This document shows, one piece after another, positions 48,864 to 58,143 of a stretch of 64,000 nt of DNA. This DNA comes from a virus, in IMG/VR virus record IMGVR_UViG_3300029310_000003. One strand, written 5' to 3'. The notes below the pieces were generated by a model. It did not search any database and was not told where the DNA came from. It was given only the letters and a program-made list of their open reading frames with translations. Every line of letters begins with the position of its first letter. The first letter of the stretch is position 1. The translations under genes and the position numbers were made by a program.

Positions 48864-51800
48864 TCACATATTTTTCTGGATCGCCAGCGTCGCCGCAGAC
48901 CGCGCGAAATCCGCCACACTCATGCCTCGTGCGCGTCCCTCGGAGATCGTCACCCCTCCGAAGCTGTAAAAGCTGCATCCGTTCTGCTGTGTACCGACGT
49001 GGTGATCGTCATACGTCGAGCCTGCGAAAACGTTGGAATTCCGCAGATCTCCGCAGAGCGCCGCGCGCATCCGGTCCATCCCGCGCTCAAACCGCGCGTC
49101 CGCCTGCGGGACCAGAAGCATATTCTGGATGGCCCTTGTGATGTCCGGCGGCAGCACCATTTCCGGCTCCGCCGTAGCCTTGATCCCGCCGATCCCTTCG
49201 AGGATTCCGCCCCGGTCGTATACCGTGTAGACCTTTCCGTCCTTCTTCGTGATGGAGGTCGTCCCGTCGTAGTTTTTCAGCCACGACGTGCCGTCTCCGC
49301 CGGTCATTCTGGCTCCCGCCGCCTCGTAATTGAGGAAATCCAGACCCTTCTTGGAGCTGATGGTGTACCGGGAGCCGTCCTGCGCGTAGGCGTAGACCGT
49401 CCCGCTGTATTTCAGTCCGCTTCCGGAGCCGCCGGAGCCGCCGGAGCCTCCGGAGGAATCCCCACCCGGCGGCGCGTCGTACTGTCCGCCGTAATTGTAG
49501 GTGGTCTGATTTTTGTCCACCAGCTGAGACTGATACGTTCCGTCCGGATTGACGCCGATAATTTCATAAGTGCCGCCGCCTGTGACCACGCGGTCGCCCA
49601 CGGAAAGCCCGGAGGGCGCTTTTCCGTCCGCGCCGACCTTCACGATGCGGTTTGCCGTTTCGTTCACCGCATCGGAGAGCTTCGACACGTCCACGCCGAA
49701 CTGCCGGAAAATGTCCGCGTTTTCGAGAATGATCTTTTTCAGCTCCGGCGTCGCATTTTTCCAGATGTCCTGCAGGATCTCCCCGATCCCGCGCGTCTTG
49801 GCCTTGAGCGAATCGAGGAAATTGTTGTACTGCCGTTCCAGCGCGTCATACTGCGCGTTGATGGCGTCCTTCCGCGCCTCAATTTCCGCCACAGCCGCGT
49901 TGTACGCCAGATCGTCCTGAAAATCCTTGAGGTCCTTTTCAGCCTTTTCCAGAGAATCCTTCGCAGACTTGACGTTTCCCTCGTCCGCGACCCATTCCCA
50001 CTGTCCCGTCGAAGCGTTCCACTGCCGGACCGTCCGCTCGTTCTGAGCGTTCGCAAGGTCCGCCTGTGCCTTCTGAACTGCGAGAATTTTTTCCTCCAGC
50101 GTCAGCTGGTCGTCCTTTGTCTCCTTCTGCCGTTTGAGCGCGTCGAGCTGCGCGTCCAGCGCGGCCAGCTCCGCATCCCTCGCATCCTGCTGGGAGCTGA
50201 GAGAATCCTGCATCGCATCCTTCAGCTCCGAAAGCAGGTCGTCCATGCTCTTCGTCTGCTCTTTGATCTTTTTCTGCCAGTCGTACCATTCCGAGGAAAG
50301 GTCGTTGATGTCGGCCTGACTGGCTCCGATGGAGCGCATATAATCCGCCTGTGCGGAAAGCGCGTCCTGAATTTCGCGCATTTTGGCCTTCTGCGCGTCC
50401 TCGCTGGCTCCCTGCTTTTCCAGCAGCGTCAGCTCGGATTTCAGCAGCGTCACGCGTTCCTTGTGCGCTGTCAGCGTCGCATCCGACGAGCTTCCGCCAC
50501 CACCGGAGCCGGAACCCTTGGAACCGGAGCTGCCGGACTTGTTCCACGAACTTTCGCTGTAATCAAAGGAATCGTAAATCCCCTGAAGAAGCTTCTGTTC
50601 GCCCTCTTCATAGCTTCCTACCTGTCCGGTTTGAATCCATCCCTTGATGGTCCTGTCCGCGTCGGAGGATTTGATCCCGCTGATCGATGCAATGGAAGCC
50701 GCCGTTGCACCCGCCGCGCGTCCAAGCGCAACGACCTGCGCGATCTGCGCGGAAAGGTCAAGTCCCGTCTCGTTGAGCTTGATGATCTCCAGCGCCAGAT
50801 CGTAAAGCGCTTTTCCGGAGTATCCGGCATTTTCCGCAACATCGAGCAGGGAAGAAACGAATTTCGCTGCCGCCTCGTCCGCGCTGGACGAAGCGCCGAT
50901 CTGCTGCTGTGTCGCGTCCACATCCTCGAGGATCGCACTTGCCACCGCCTTGAGCGATTCTTCCGTGATCCGAAGCTGTCCGTCCTCGTCGGTCAGCATC
51001 TCCACATATTTATCACTCAGCCCGATCAGGCTCTGCAGCGTGGAGGCGGAGATATTTCCGTTGATGCGGTATTCACCGAGCGCCGCCGATACCGCCGCAA
51101 GGTCGCTTTGCTGTGTTTTCAGCGCCTTGCCGTATTCCTGAATTTTCGAGACCTTTTCAGAAGTTTTCTGATTGTTCTCATCTGTGAGCTGATTGTTCTC
51201 CTCCAGCAGCTCATTTTCGCGCCCGTAACTGTCCAGAGTCCCGTCGCGCACCGCCTGAAGCTTGTTTTCCAGCTCCGTCTGATTCGCAATGGCTGTGTTA
51301 TAATCCTCGACTGCCGACTTGACGCCGTTTATGAGCTTTTCATTGCTGGAATACTGGTTTTCGCCGAAAATTTTCGTTGCGTCCTGTTTTCCTGCATCGA
51401 TTAGTTCCTTGCGGGCTTCCAGATTTTTCTGATAGTCCTTGATAACGGCTTCTGCACTGTCCAGTTCCAGCGCACCTGCCATCTGCGAACCGTAGGTGTC
51501 CTCCGCTGCGGCAATGAGCGCCTTTTCCGCCGCGATCGTCGCAGCCTTTGCGTCGTAAAGAGCCGCCTCGAGGGCCGATTCCGTAGAGGCCCGAATTGCC
51601 TCGTCCAGACTTCCGTATTTTGCCGTCAGATCGTCTACGCTTTCCTTTTCGTATCCGAGTTTTTTCAGCAGCCGGTCCGTCGCGTCCTCGAAGTCCTTTT
51701 TGGAGCCGGCACCGGTCTCATAGGAGCTTTTCAGATCGGAATAGGTCTGGTAGAGAGACTGAATTTCCTCGGCCTCCCGAGCCGCAGCCTTTCCGGCTTC

Positions 51801-53771
51801 CAGCGCTTTTTGCCGTGCTTCCTCCTGTGCGCTTTTTATTTTGTTGACCGCAAAAATGAGAATCCCAATTGCGGCTGTAACAGCGCCGATGGCCAGCTGC
51901 GTCGCAGAAAGGGAGATATTCAGCGACTGCATGACCGCGCTGAACGACGATGCACTCACGCCCGCCGTCTTAAAGATCGTCACAAGTCCAGAAACGGCGC
52001 TTCCGATTTTTACAAACGTCGCAACGACGCTGTTCCATTTCGCGGCAAGCAGGAAACCGCTGACGATCAGGAGCACATTTCCAAGATTGTCAAACCCGTC
52101 GATCAGCCACGTCAGCGCGTCCACAAGCCCCTTGATCCAGCTCGTGTCGATGGTTTTCGCAATAAATTCCGTCCATGTGTTTTTCAGCTGATTTGTCTTG
52201 GCTTCCCAGCTCGTCAGCATAATGCCGACTTCCTTATCCGCGCTTCCTGCCGCCGAAGCCACCTTATCGAGCATTTCGGCGTACATGTCGTAATTTTTAA
52301 TGAGCGCGTCGAGCTGGTTCGTTCGAAGCTTGCCTCCAAGCTTTGTCTCGATCTCGGCCAGCTGTGCCTGCGTCAGAACGCCGTCCTTATACGCCTCTGC
52401 CAGCGCCGCAACGGCCTTCATCGGATCGACGATCTTTCCCGCCGCATCCGCAGCCTTCATCGCGTCCTCCGCATAGATCCAGAGAACGTCGTTCAGCCCC
52501 TCGATCTCCTCCTTTGTCCACGTCACGCCGTCCTCGATCTCGGTCTCGGTATCGCCGATGATGTTGAGGATCAGCGCGCGGAGCGCCGTCGCCGCCTTCG
52601 AGCCGGATTCCTGCGTGACCGCCGTGATCGTGCCGAGCGCCGCCATTGTCTCATCAATGGACATATTCGCCATCGACGCCACATTCGCAACGATTGGGAA
52701 GCCTTCGGCCAGCTTCTGAATGGAGGTCGCGTATTTATTTTCAATTTCGTTGGCCCTGTCGAGAACGCCGGAAAGCTCCTCGACATTGCCCTTCATCTTA
52801 TAGGCCGCGTCCGCAGAAAGCAGGAACTGATTCGCGGTCGCGGAGTTCACATCGCCGACGAGCTGCGTCTTGGTCGCCAGCTCCGCCATGTCCTCCGACA
52901 TTTCTTTGTAACCGGCCTTCGCAAACGTTCCCACGGATTCCAGATAATCCGCCACAGCCACGCCATACTGCGACGCGACCTCGTATGCGTGTTCGCTGAG
53001 ACTGGCCATTTCCGCGTCGGTGTTGTTCGTCACCTTCTGGATCGCAACCAGCTCCGTGTCCACTTCCTTCATCGTCGCCAGCGCTTCCTTGAAGGAACGA
53101 ATAACCGTGGCCACCGTTGCATTGAACACCTGCCACGCAGCGACCTTTTTCAGGATGTTTCCAAGACTGTCTCCAAGGACGTTTGTTGATTTTTGCAGCT
53201 TTTCGGTGTCTGCCTTGGTCTGTGAAAATTCTGAACGCAGGCCAGCCAGCCCAGATTTCGCATCCTCCACGCTGTTCATCAACGTGTAGAATCCGCTGCT
53301 TCCGTCCTTCACGCCGTTTGCCAGCGCGTCCAGCTCCGTTCTGGCCTGTGCGACTCTTTCGGAAAGCCCGTCAAACGTACCTTTCGGATATTTCGCAGAC
53401 GCGGCCGCTATGGAGTTTGCAAGATCCGCATACTGCTTTTGGAGCGCCGGAATGCTGTTTTTTGCGTTCGTGAACCGCTGCTGCTCCGCCTTGTATGCGC
53501 GCTGTGACGCCTTTTCCGCCGCAGCCGCCGCTTTTCCCGCAGCTTTCTCCGTCTGTTCATAGTGCTGCGTAAACTTCCCGCGCAGACTATCTACGTTCTG
53601 CACCATCGTCTGCACAGAACGATTGAATTGGTTGATCGCCTCCATTCCGGAAGAATCCACCGTGACCTTGATTTTCTGCTCCTTCAAGCTGTTTACGTCC
53701 TTGATGAGCGTATCGAGCTGTGTCCGAACGACCTCTACTTGAAGCTGGACCTTATCCACATTTCCGGCCAT
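48864..53771 (-). CDS. tail tape measure protein
   Basis: 1635 aa, largely coiled-coil with central hydrophobic helices and a TP901-type core (IQKLAEGFPIVANVASMANMSIDETMAALGTITAV). GGSGGSGGSG tracts. Confidence 0.9.
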   Translation of the reverse strand: MAGNVDKVQLQVEVVRTQLDTLIKDVNSLKEQKIKVTVDSSGMEAINQFNRSVQTMVQNVDSLRGKFTQHYEQTEKAAGKAAAAAEKASQRAYKAEQQRFTNAKNSIPALQKQYADLANSIAAASAKYPKGTFDGLSERVAQARTELDALANGVKDGSSGFYTLMNSVEDAKSGLAGLRSEFSQTKADTEKLQKSTNVLGDSLGNILKKVAAWQVFNATVATVIRSFKEALATMKEVDTELVAIQKVTNNTDAEMASLSEHAYEVASQYGVAVADYLESVGTFAKAGYKEMSEDMAELATKTQLVGDVNSATANQFLLSADAAYKMKGNVEELSGVLDRANEIENKYATSIQKLAEGFPIVANVASMANMSIDETMAALGTITAVTQESGSKAATALRALILNIIGDTETEIEDGVTWTKEEIEGLNDVLWIYAEDAMKAADAAGKIVDPMKAVAALAEAYKDGVLTQAQLAEIETKLGGKLRTNQLDALIKNYDMYAEMLDKVASAAGSADKEVGIMLTSWEAKTNQLKNTWTEFIAKTIDTSWIKGLVDALTWLIDGFDNLGNVLLIVSGFLLAAKWNSVVATFVKIGSAVSGLVTIFKTAGVSASSFSAVMQSLNISLSATQLAIGAVTAAIGILIFAVNKIKSAQEEARQKALEAGKAAAREAEEIQSLYQTYSDLKSSYETGAGSKKDFEDATDRLLKKLGYEKESVDDLTAKYGSLDEAIRASTESALEAALYDAKAATIAAEKALIAAAEDTYGSQMAGALELDSAEAVIKDYQKNLEARKELIDAGKQDATKIFGENQYSSNEKLINGVKSAVEDYNTAIANQTELENKLQAVRDGTLDSYGRENELLEENNQLTDENNQKTSEKVSKIQEYGKALKTQQSDLAAVSAALGEYRINGNISASTLQSLIGLSDKYVEMLTDEDGQLRITEESLKAVASAILEDVDATQQQIGASSSADEAAAKFVSSLLDVAENAGYSGKALYDLALEIIKLNETGLDLSAQIAQVVALGRAAGATAASIASISGIKSSDADRTIKGWIQTGQVGSYEEGEQKLLQGIYDSFDYSESSWNKSGSSGSKGSGSGGGGSSSDATLTAHKERVTLLKSELTLLEKQGASEDAQKAKMREIQDALSAQADYMRSIGASQADINDLSSEWYDWQKKIKEQTKSMDDLLSELKDAMQDSLSSQQDARDAELAALDAQLDALKRQKETKDDQLTLEEKILAVQKAQADLANAQNERTVRQWNASTGQWEWVADEGNVKSAKDSLEKAEKDLKDFQDDLAYNAAVAEIEARKDAINAQYDALERQYNNFLDSLKAKTRGIGEILQDIWKNATPELKKIILENADIFRQFGVDVSKLSDAVNETANRIVKVGADGKAPSGLSVGDRVVTGGGTYEIIGVNPDGTYQSQLVDKNQTTYNYGGQYDAPPGGDSSGGSGGSGGSGSGLKYSGTVYAYAQDGSRYTISSKKGLDFLNYEAAGARMTGGDGTSWLKNYDGTTSITKKDGKVYTVYDRGGILEGIGGIKATAEPEMVLPPDITRAIQNMLLVPQADARFERGMDRMRAALCGDLRNSNVFAGSTYDDHHVGTQQNGCSFYSFGGVTISEGRARGMSVADFARSAATLAIQKNM

Positions 53772-53785
53772 GTTTCATCCTCCCG

Positions 53786-54229
53786 TCATTTGACATCGAA
53801 GCCTGCGGCTTTCAGCCCGGCTTGCAGCGCACCTTCAAACCATCCGGATTCCACAACGATTTCCTGCGCTCTTTTATGGAACGGTCTCGGCCTCTGCCCA
53901 TCCCACGGAAACCGGTAGCCCTCACCGCTTTCCACGACCGGCGCGACCAGCCTTCCGGTTTTTTCGTCTCGGCTCATGTCCTGAACCTCGAGGGTCCTTG
54001 TCTGCGGGTCATAGGTCGCCTCCATGTTGTCCGGACTCTGATCCTGCAAACCGCCGTCCATCGGTCCGCGCCGGATATACATGTGCGGATCGTAAGCGTC
54101 GTAGACCTCCGTCTCGACCGCCTCCGCCAGCGATACCCGGACCGCCGAAGCCACATCGTTTTCCATCGCGTACTGAATGGCTCTGTCCAGCTCCGCACTG
54201 AACTGCGCCGCAAAATCCTCGATCGCCAT
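53786..54229 (-). CDS. phage structural/assembly protein between tube and TMP genes
   Basis: MAIEDFAAQF... after GGAGGA. Alternative starts at 54268 and 54325. Occupies the position of a tail chaperone, but no frameshift partner was seen. Confidence 0.45.
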   Translation of the reverse strand: MAIEDFAAQFSAELDRAIQYAMENDVASAVRVSLAEAVETEVYDAYDPHMYIRRGPMDGGLQDQSPDNMEATYDPQTRTLEVQDMSRDEKTGRLVAPVVESGEGYRFPWDGQRPRPFHKRAQEIVVESGWFEGALQAGLKAAGFDVK

Positions 54230-54330
54230 AAGCTCCTCCGAATTTCCCAAAACGCGCCAATCCGGCATTTCCTGCCGTCCTCGCGCGTTTCCCGGAAGGG
54301 ATTTCTCCCCTCCGGGATTTTTCAAATGCC

Positions 54331-55464
54331 TTACGCCGTCACGGAAACGTCGCAGGTGTCCTTGAACGTGGACTCGCCTGCGGTGTAGCTCACCTCGACG
54401 GTGAAATCACCTGCGGTCGCGCCTGCGGTAATGAGACCGCCCGCTGCAACGGTCGTTCCGGTCGGAGCGCCGGTCGCGCTGTAGGTGAAAACGGCCGGGT
54501 CGCCCTTGACCAGCTCGCCGTTTTTCATCACGATGCGCGGCTGCATCTGATAGGTGCTGGACTTCGCCACGGAAATGCTGCCGATGGAGGCAACAATGCC
54601 CTCCACATCGTCCGCAGAGCTGTCGCACGGCTGATAGATGTAGTAGCAGAGATCGGAACCGGCTCCGCTGCAATCGTCGCAGCCGTCGGAAATGACGTCC
54701 GGGTCATACTGCACGGCCTGACCGGAAAGCGACGTGGTGTCGTTGTTGGTCTGATCGCCGGTCAGTCCGCCGTTTGCGCCGAACTTCAGAGAAGGAACGA
54801 TCACGAACAGCGTGCCGACGCGCGTACCCTCGTTCTGAGCCGAACCCGCGTCGTTGCAGAAAACGGCCAGCGTCGCAGTGAAGTGAACGACCATCGGGTC
54901 CATTGCCGTGGTCATGGTGGCGATCTGGGCGCCCGCCTTGTTCACGAAATAGAACACCTTGTACTTCTTGCCGTTTTCGGCCGTGAAACCGGAGATCGCG
55001 CCGGTGTCGGGATTGAGCGCATACGCAACACCGCCCGTTGCAACCTCGGAGGGCGCACCGACCTCCTGCACATAGCAGAAAATCTTCGAGAAGCCCTTCT
55101 GCGCGACCGGCGTACCCTCTGCCTTGTTGATGGAAAGCGAGGTTCCCGTTGCAGTCACGGTCGTGCAGGTCATGACGGTCGCGTTGTAGCTGAGAACTGC
55201 GCCCTGCTGGGCTGCCTTTGCCCACATGGAGAAATCGGCGGCGTTGAATTCCACGGTGATACCGGCGTTCGACGGAATCATGGCCGCAATGGCGTTTCCG
55301 AGGCCCGCGCGAATTTCGCCGTTATCGACGTTCGGGGTCACGTTGCCGGTCTGGAACTTGTTCGACCAGTACCGGATATTACCCGTTACCTTGTCGGTAC
55401 ACATGGCCTCGCCGATTCCCTTCACATAAAGTCTTTTGTCAGTAAAACGAATCATTCTTTTCAC
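54331..55464 (-). CDS. putative major tail (tube) protein with C-terminal Ig-like domain
   Basis: 377 aa, beta-rich and T/A/G-rich. The C-terminal ~90 aa are Big_2-like. Position is upstream of the TMP. Confidence 0.45.
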   Translation of the reverse strand: MKRMIRFTDKRLYVKGIGEAMCTDKVTGNIRYWSNKFQTGNVTPNVDNGEIRAGLGNAIAAMIPSNAGITVEFNAADFSMWAKAAQQGAVLSYNATVMTCTTVTATGTSLSINKAEGTPVAQKGFSKIFCYVQEVGAPSEVATGGVAYALNPDTGAISGFTAENGKKYKVFYFVNKAGAQIATMTTAMDPMVVHFTATLAVFCNDAGSAQNEGTRVGTLFVIVPSLKFGANGGLTGDQTNNDTTSLSGQAVQYDPDVISDGCDDCSGAGSDLCYYIYQPCDSSADDVEGIVASIGSISVAKSSTYQMQPRIVMKNGELVKGDPAVFTYSATGAPTGTTVAAGGLITAGATAGDFTVEVSYTAGESTFKDTCDVSVTA

Positions 55465-55490
55465 TCCTTATCGTCTTTTTGAGATTTTTG

Positions 55491-56330
55491 TCATGTCGTC
55501 TTGTTTCCTGCGTTCTGGTATGCCCGCATACCGCCGCCTCCGGCGAAGCTTTCCAGCGAGATCACGCCGCCGCTCGACTCCCGAATACGGTCGAAAAGCG
55601 GGCTTGGATACGGATTCCCGTCCTTCCATTTGGCTCCCTGCGCTTCGGCAGCGCCGCAAAGCAGGTATCCAAGCATCCTTTGCAGCGCCTCCCTTTGCCG
55701 CAGAAAGCGCAGGATTGGCCATTCGTCCATGTCCTCCTCGGGAACGCCGGAAACGAGAGAAATACTTGCCTTTACGGATTCGAGAGAAAAATCCAGCTCC
55801 GGCGCGTTCAGCTCCGCAAGGTCGCGTTCTGCCTGCACAAGCTCCGGATTGGCATTTTCCGAAACCATTTCAATGCCGTTCTGAGCCGCGAGAATGGGCC
55901 GAATTCTCTGAAACTGTGCAGGAGTTACGCTTTTTTCTCCGTCCTCCGTCCGGAAAACGATCCTTTCGAGCCTTTTCGGGTCGTCCGCGTTCGGAACGAT
56001 CTGCACAAGCTGCATCCTCTGCTCCATTTCCATTCCGTCTCCGATCCGGAGCGCCAGCAGGAGCGCAAGCACGCACTTGAAGATCATCCCTTCGCTTTTT
56101 TCGCCATGTTCCGCCGCGTCCAATTCCATCCGATAGAATGCCTGCAGGATCGGCTTGGAGATCAGTGTCACAGGGAGGCACTGCTGCATGAAGTCGATCA
56201 CCGGCCGCACAATCGAAAATTCCTCGAACTCGCGTACACGGATCGGATATAAGGTCAGTCCTTCGGCCTCCACAGGCTCATACCTCCGGATTTTTCTGAC
56301 CATGCCTTGAGAAAGGTTGTTATAATGCAT
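55491..56330 (-). CDS. phage structural protein, unknown function
   Basis: 279 aa from MHYNNLSQ with a purine-rich RBS. Confidence 0.45.
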   Translation of the reverse strand: MHYNNLSQGMVRKIRRYEPVEAEGLTLYPIRVREFEEFSIVRPVIDFMQQCLPVTLISKPILQAFYRMELDAAEHGEKSEGMIFKCVLALLLALRIGDGMEMEQRMQLVQIVPNADDPKRLERIVFRTEDGEKSVTPAQFQRIRPILAAQNGIEMVSENANPELVQAERDLAELNAPELDFSLESVKASISLVSGVPEEDMDEWPILRFLRQREALQRMLGYLLCGAAEAQGAKWKDGNPYPSPLFDRIRESSGGVISLESFAGGGGMRAYQNAGNKTT

Positions 56331-56439
56331 TGTTTCCCTTTCCTTCTGCCAAAACAAAAAGAGCCGCTGCATATGGAAAATCCATACGCATCAGCTCTAT
56401 CCAGCCCTTTTGCGGCACTATCCTGCCGCAAGCAAATTA

Positions 56440-57135
56440 TCAGATTGTGCCGCTGTCCGGCGCATCCTCGTGCGAATCGCACCATTCCAAGCTCAGATGC
56501 GGCATTCTCAGCACATGCACGCCGTAGTCAAAGCCGCCCTTGCTTCCGTTGTCCGGATGCGCGTAGCGGTTGAAATCGAAAACGCCAACACCCGTCATGT
56601 TCACACCATGCAGTGCCTCAATGATGCACTGCTCGATGTCGTAGCTTCTCGCGTAAGCGTCCGTCCTCGTTGTGTTTTCCATATTGACGTTTACGAGAAT
56701 TTCGAACTGCAATCCCAAAACCGTGTGAAGGCTGTCCTTCGCAATGGTCCTCCCGAGATACAGCTTCAAAAGGACGCCCGCTTCTGTGTCGCTCTGACCC
56801 CATACTCTTTGGGGGAAAACGCGGTATCCCTTCGGATGTCTTGCTTTCTCCTCCGCCGTGTTGAGAACGGGATGCTCTCCGTCAAAGAGCATCGAGAGCT
56901 TTTCCTCCGCCGTCGGCAGCGGATTTTCCAGAGGCCTTGCGCCGTCGTACCAGAGATATTTCGCCAGCCGTACCCTTGCACGCTCGTTGTCGTCCTTCGG
57001 GAGGTATCCCGGCAGCGGCAGATCGAGCAGATACCGAAGCACCTTCATTGGGATCTCTTCGGTCCCGCGCAGCCGGTTGTATCCCGGAAAAACGCGGCTG
57101 TAAGGATACGTCGGGGAATCGACCGATACCGTCAT
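56440..57135 (-). CDS. phage structural protein, unknown function
   Basis: 231 aa. ATGA overlap with the upstream stop. Confidence 0.5.
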   Translation of the reverse strand: MTVSVDSPTYPYSRVFPGYNRLRGTEEIPMKVLRYLLDLPLPGYLPKDDNERARVRLAKYLWYDGARPLENPLPTAEEKLSMLFDGEHPVLNTAEEKARHPKGYRVFPQRVWGQSDTEAGVLLKLYLGRTIAKDSLHTVLGLQFEILVNVNMENTTRTDAYARSYDIEQCIIEALHGVNMTGVGVFDFNRYAHPDNGSKGGFDYGVHVLRMPHLSLEWCDSHEDAPDSGTI

Positions 57136-57755
57136 TTTTTCAGCACCGCCTTCTCGCGTTCTTTCTTATAGGCTTCCATTTCCTTCTGCACGTTTTCCAG
57201 CTCCTTCTGCAATCCCTGCATGACCTCCGGCGTCGTCTGGAGCTGCATTGCCATGAGAATGCGGCTGACCGGCTCGTTCATGACCATGAGCTTTCCGGAA
57301 ATTTCCGCGTTCAGCATTTTTTCGGTCGTCCGCCAATCCGCCAGAATGTCGAATGCGCGGTCGCGCACCTCACCGTATTCGGATTTCAGCCGCTCGAGCT
57401 GGTTAAAAATGTGGCTTCCGGCATAAAGGTCATACGCCTCCTGCGTCATGAGCCACGGGCAGACCTCTCGCTTTATGGGCTTTCCGTCCGCATCCTCGGA
57501 GGCTTCCGTTTCCGTCTCAAACTCCATCCCGAGATACATTTTCACAAATCCGCCCATGAGCATCCGGAGCTTAAACTCCGTGTTTTCCTTGTACATCGGC
57601 GGCATCGGCAAACTGTCCGGTCCGCCCGAAAGCTTCAGATTCAGCCGGTCGAAGCAGAAATTCGCCGCCTCCTGCGCATAGTGCGTCTTGAGCGCCACCG
57701 GCACATAATCTTTCGCCTTCAAAAGCTGTTCCGCCGTGATTGTGATTTTTTCCAT
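57132..57755 (-). CDS. phage structural protein, unknown function
   Basis: 207 aa from MEKITITAEQ with RBS GAGGAG. Confidence 0.5.
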   Translation of the reverse strand: MEKITITAEQLLKAKDYVPVALKTHYAQEAANFCFDRLNLKLSGGPDSLPMPPMYKENTEFKLRMLMGGFVKMYLGMEFETETEASEDADGKPIKREVCPWLMTQEAYDLYAGSHIFNQLERLKSEYGEVRDRAFDILADWRTTEKMLNAEISGKLMVMNEPVSRILMAMQLQTTPEVMQGLQKELENVQKEMEAYKKEREKAVLKK

Positions 57756-57959
57756 GCTTTTCAAACTCCTCTCAGATCTTCCATGGTTTTCTCCGCACCG
57801 CACAGTCCGCCGAAGCGCACCGGCGCGCCCATGCGGTGCTTTCCCTACGATTTTTCTCTGTGGGCATTTTTCAGGATCTCGCATTCACACGCGCCGTCCG
57901 AAACCTCCCACATCTTTGTCCTCTTGCACAGGTACTGATGTGCGCACCAGTCCCGCCGA

Positions 57960-58133
57960 TTATCCTTTCCGCTCAGAAGATCGCAGTGCAGGCTTGCATC
58001 CGCATTCTTCCGGAACGCATGCTGGCATTTTCCCATACGCCATCAACCTTTCTTCCGCCTCAATCTCGCACTCCGGACAGACCATCCTGCCCTCCGGCAC
58101 GGCCCGTCCACAGCATATGCAAGTATCCATCAT
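57960..58133 (-). CDS. small zinc-ribbon protein
   Basis: MMDTCICCGRAVPEGRMVCPECE with RBS GAGGAG. Confidence 0.4.
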   Translation of the reverse strand: MMDTCICCGRAVPEGRMVCPECEIEAEERLMAYGKMPACVPEECGCKPALRSSERKG

Positions 58134-58143
58134 TCCGGACTCC

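Noticed and set aside
45284-53189. Very long plus-strand ORFs (965, 801 and 459 aa)
   Set aside because: They lie antisense to the Dit and tape-measure genes. They are extremely R/P/A-rich with no motifs, whereas the minus-strand frames carry clear repeats and TMP features.
53786-54325. Programmed -1 frameshift of a tail assembly chaperone upstream of the TMP
   Set aside because: Only one ORF fills the tube-TMP gap. The alternative-frame ORFs (53974-54213 and 54009-54260) do not extend past its stop, and I found no convincing slippery heptamer. I cannot support a G/GT pair.
57845-58060. G GGA AAA slippery-looking heptamer and a second 63-aa Cys-rich ORF (57845-58036) overlapping the zinc-ribbon ORF
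   Set aside because: The heptamer coincides with the start codon of the second frame, so it cannot act as a frameshift site for it. Which of the two overlapping small ORFs is real cannot be decided from sequence alone.
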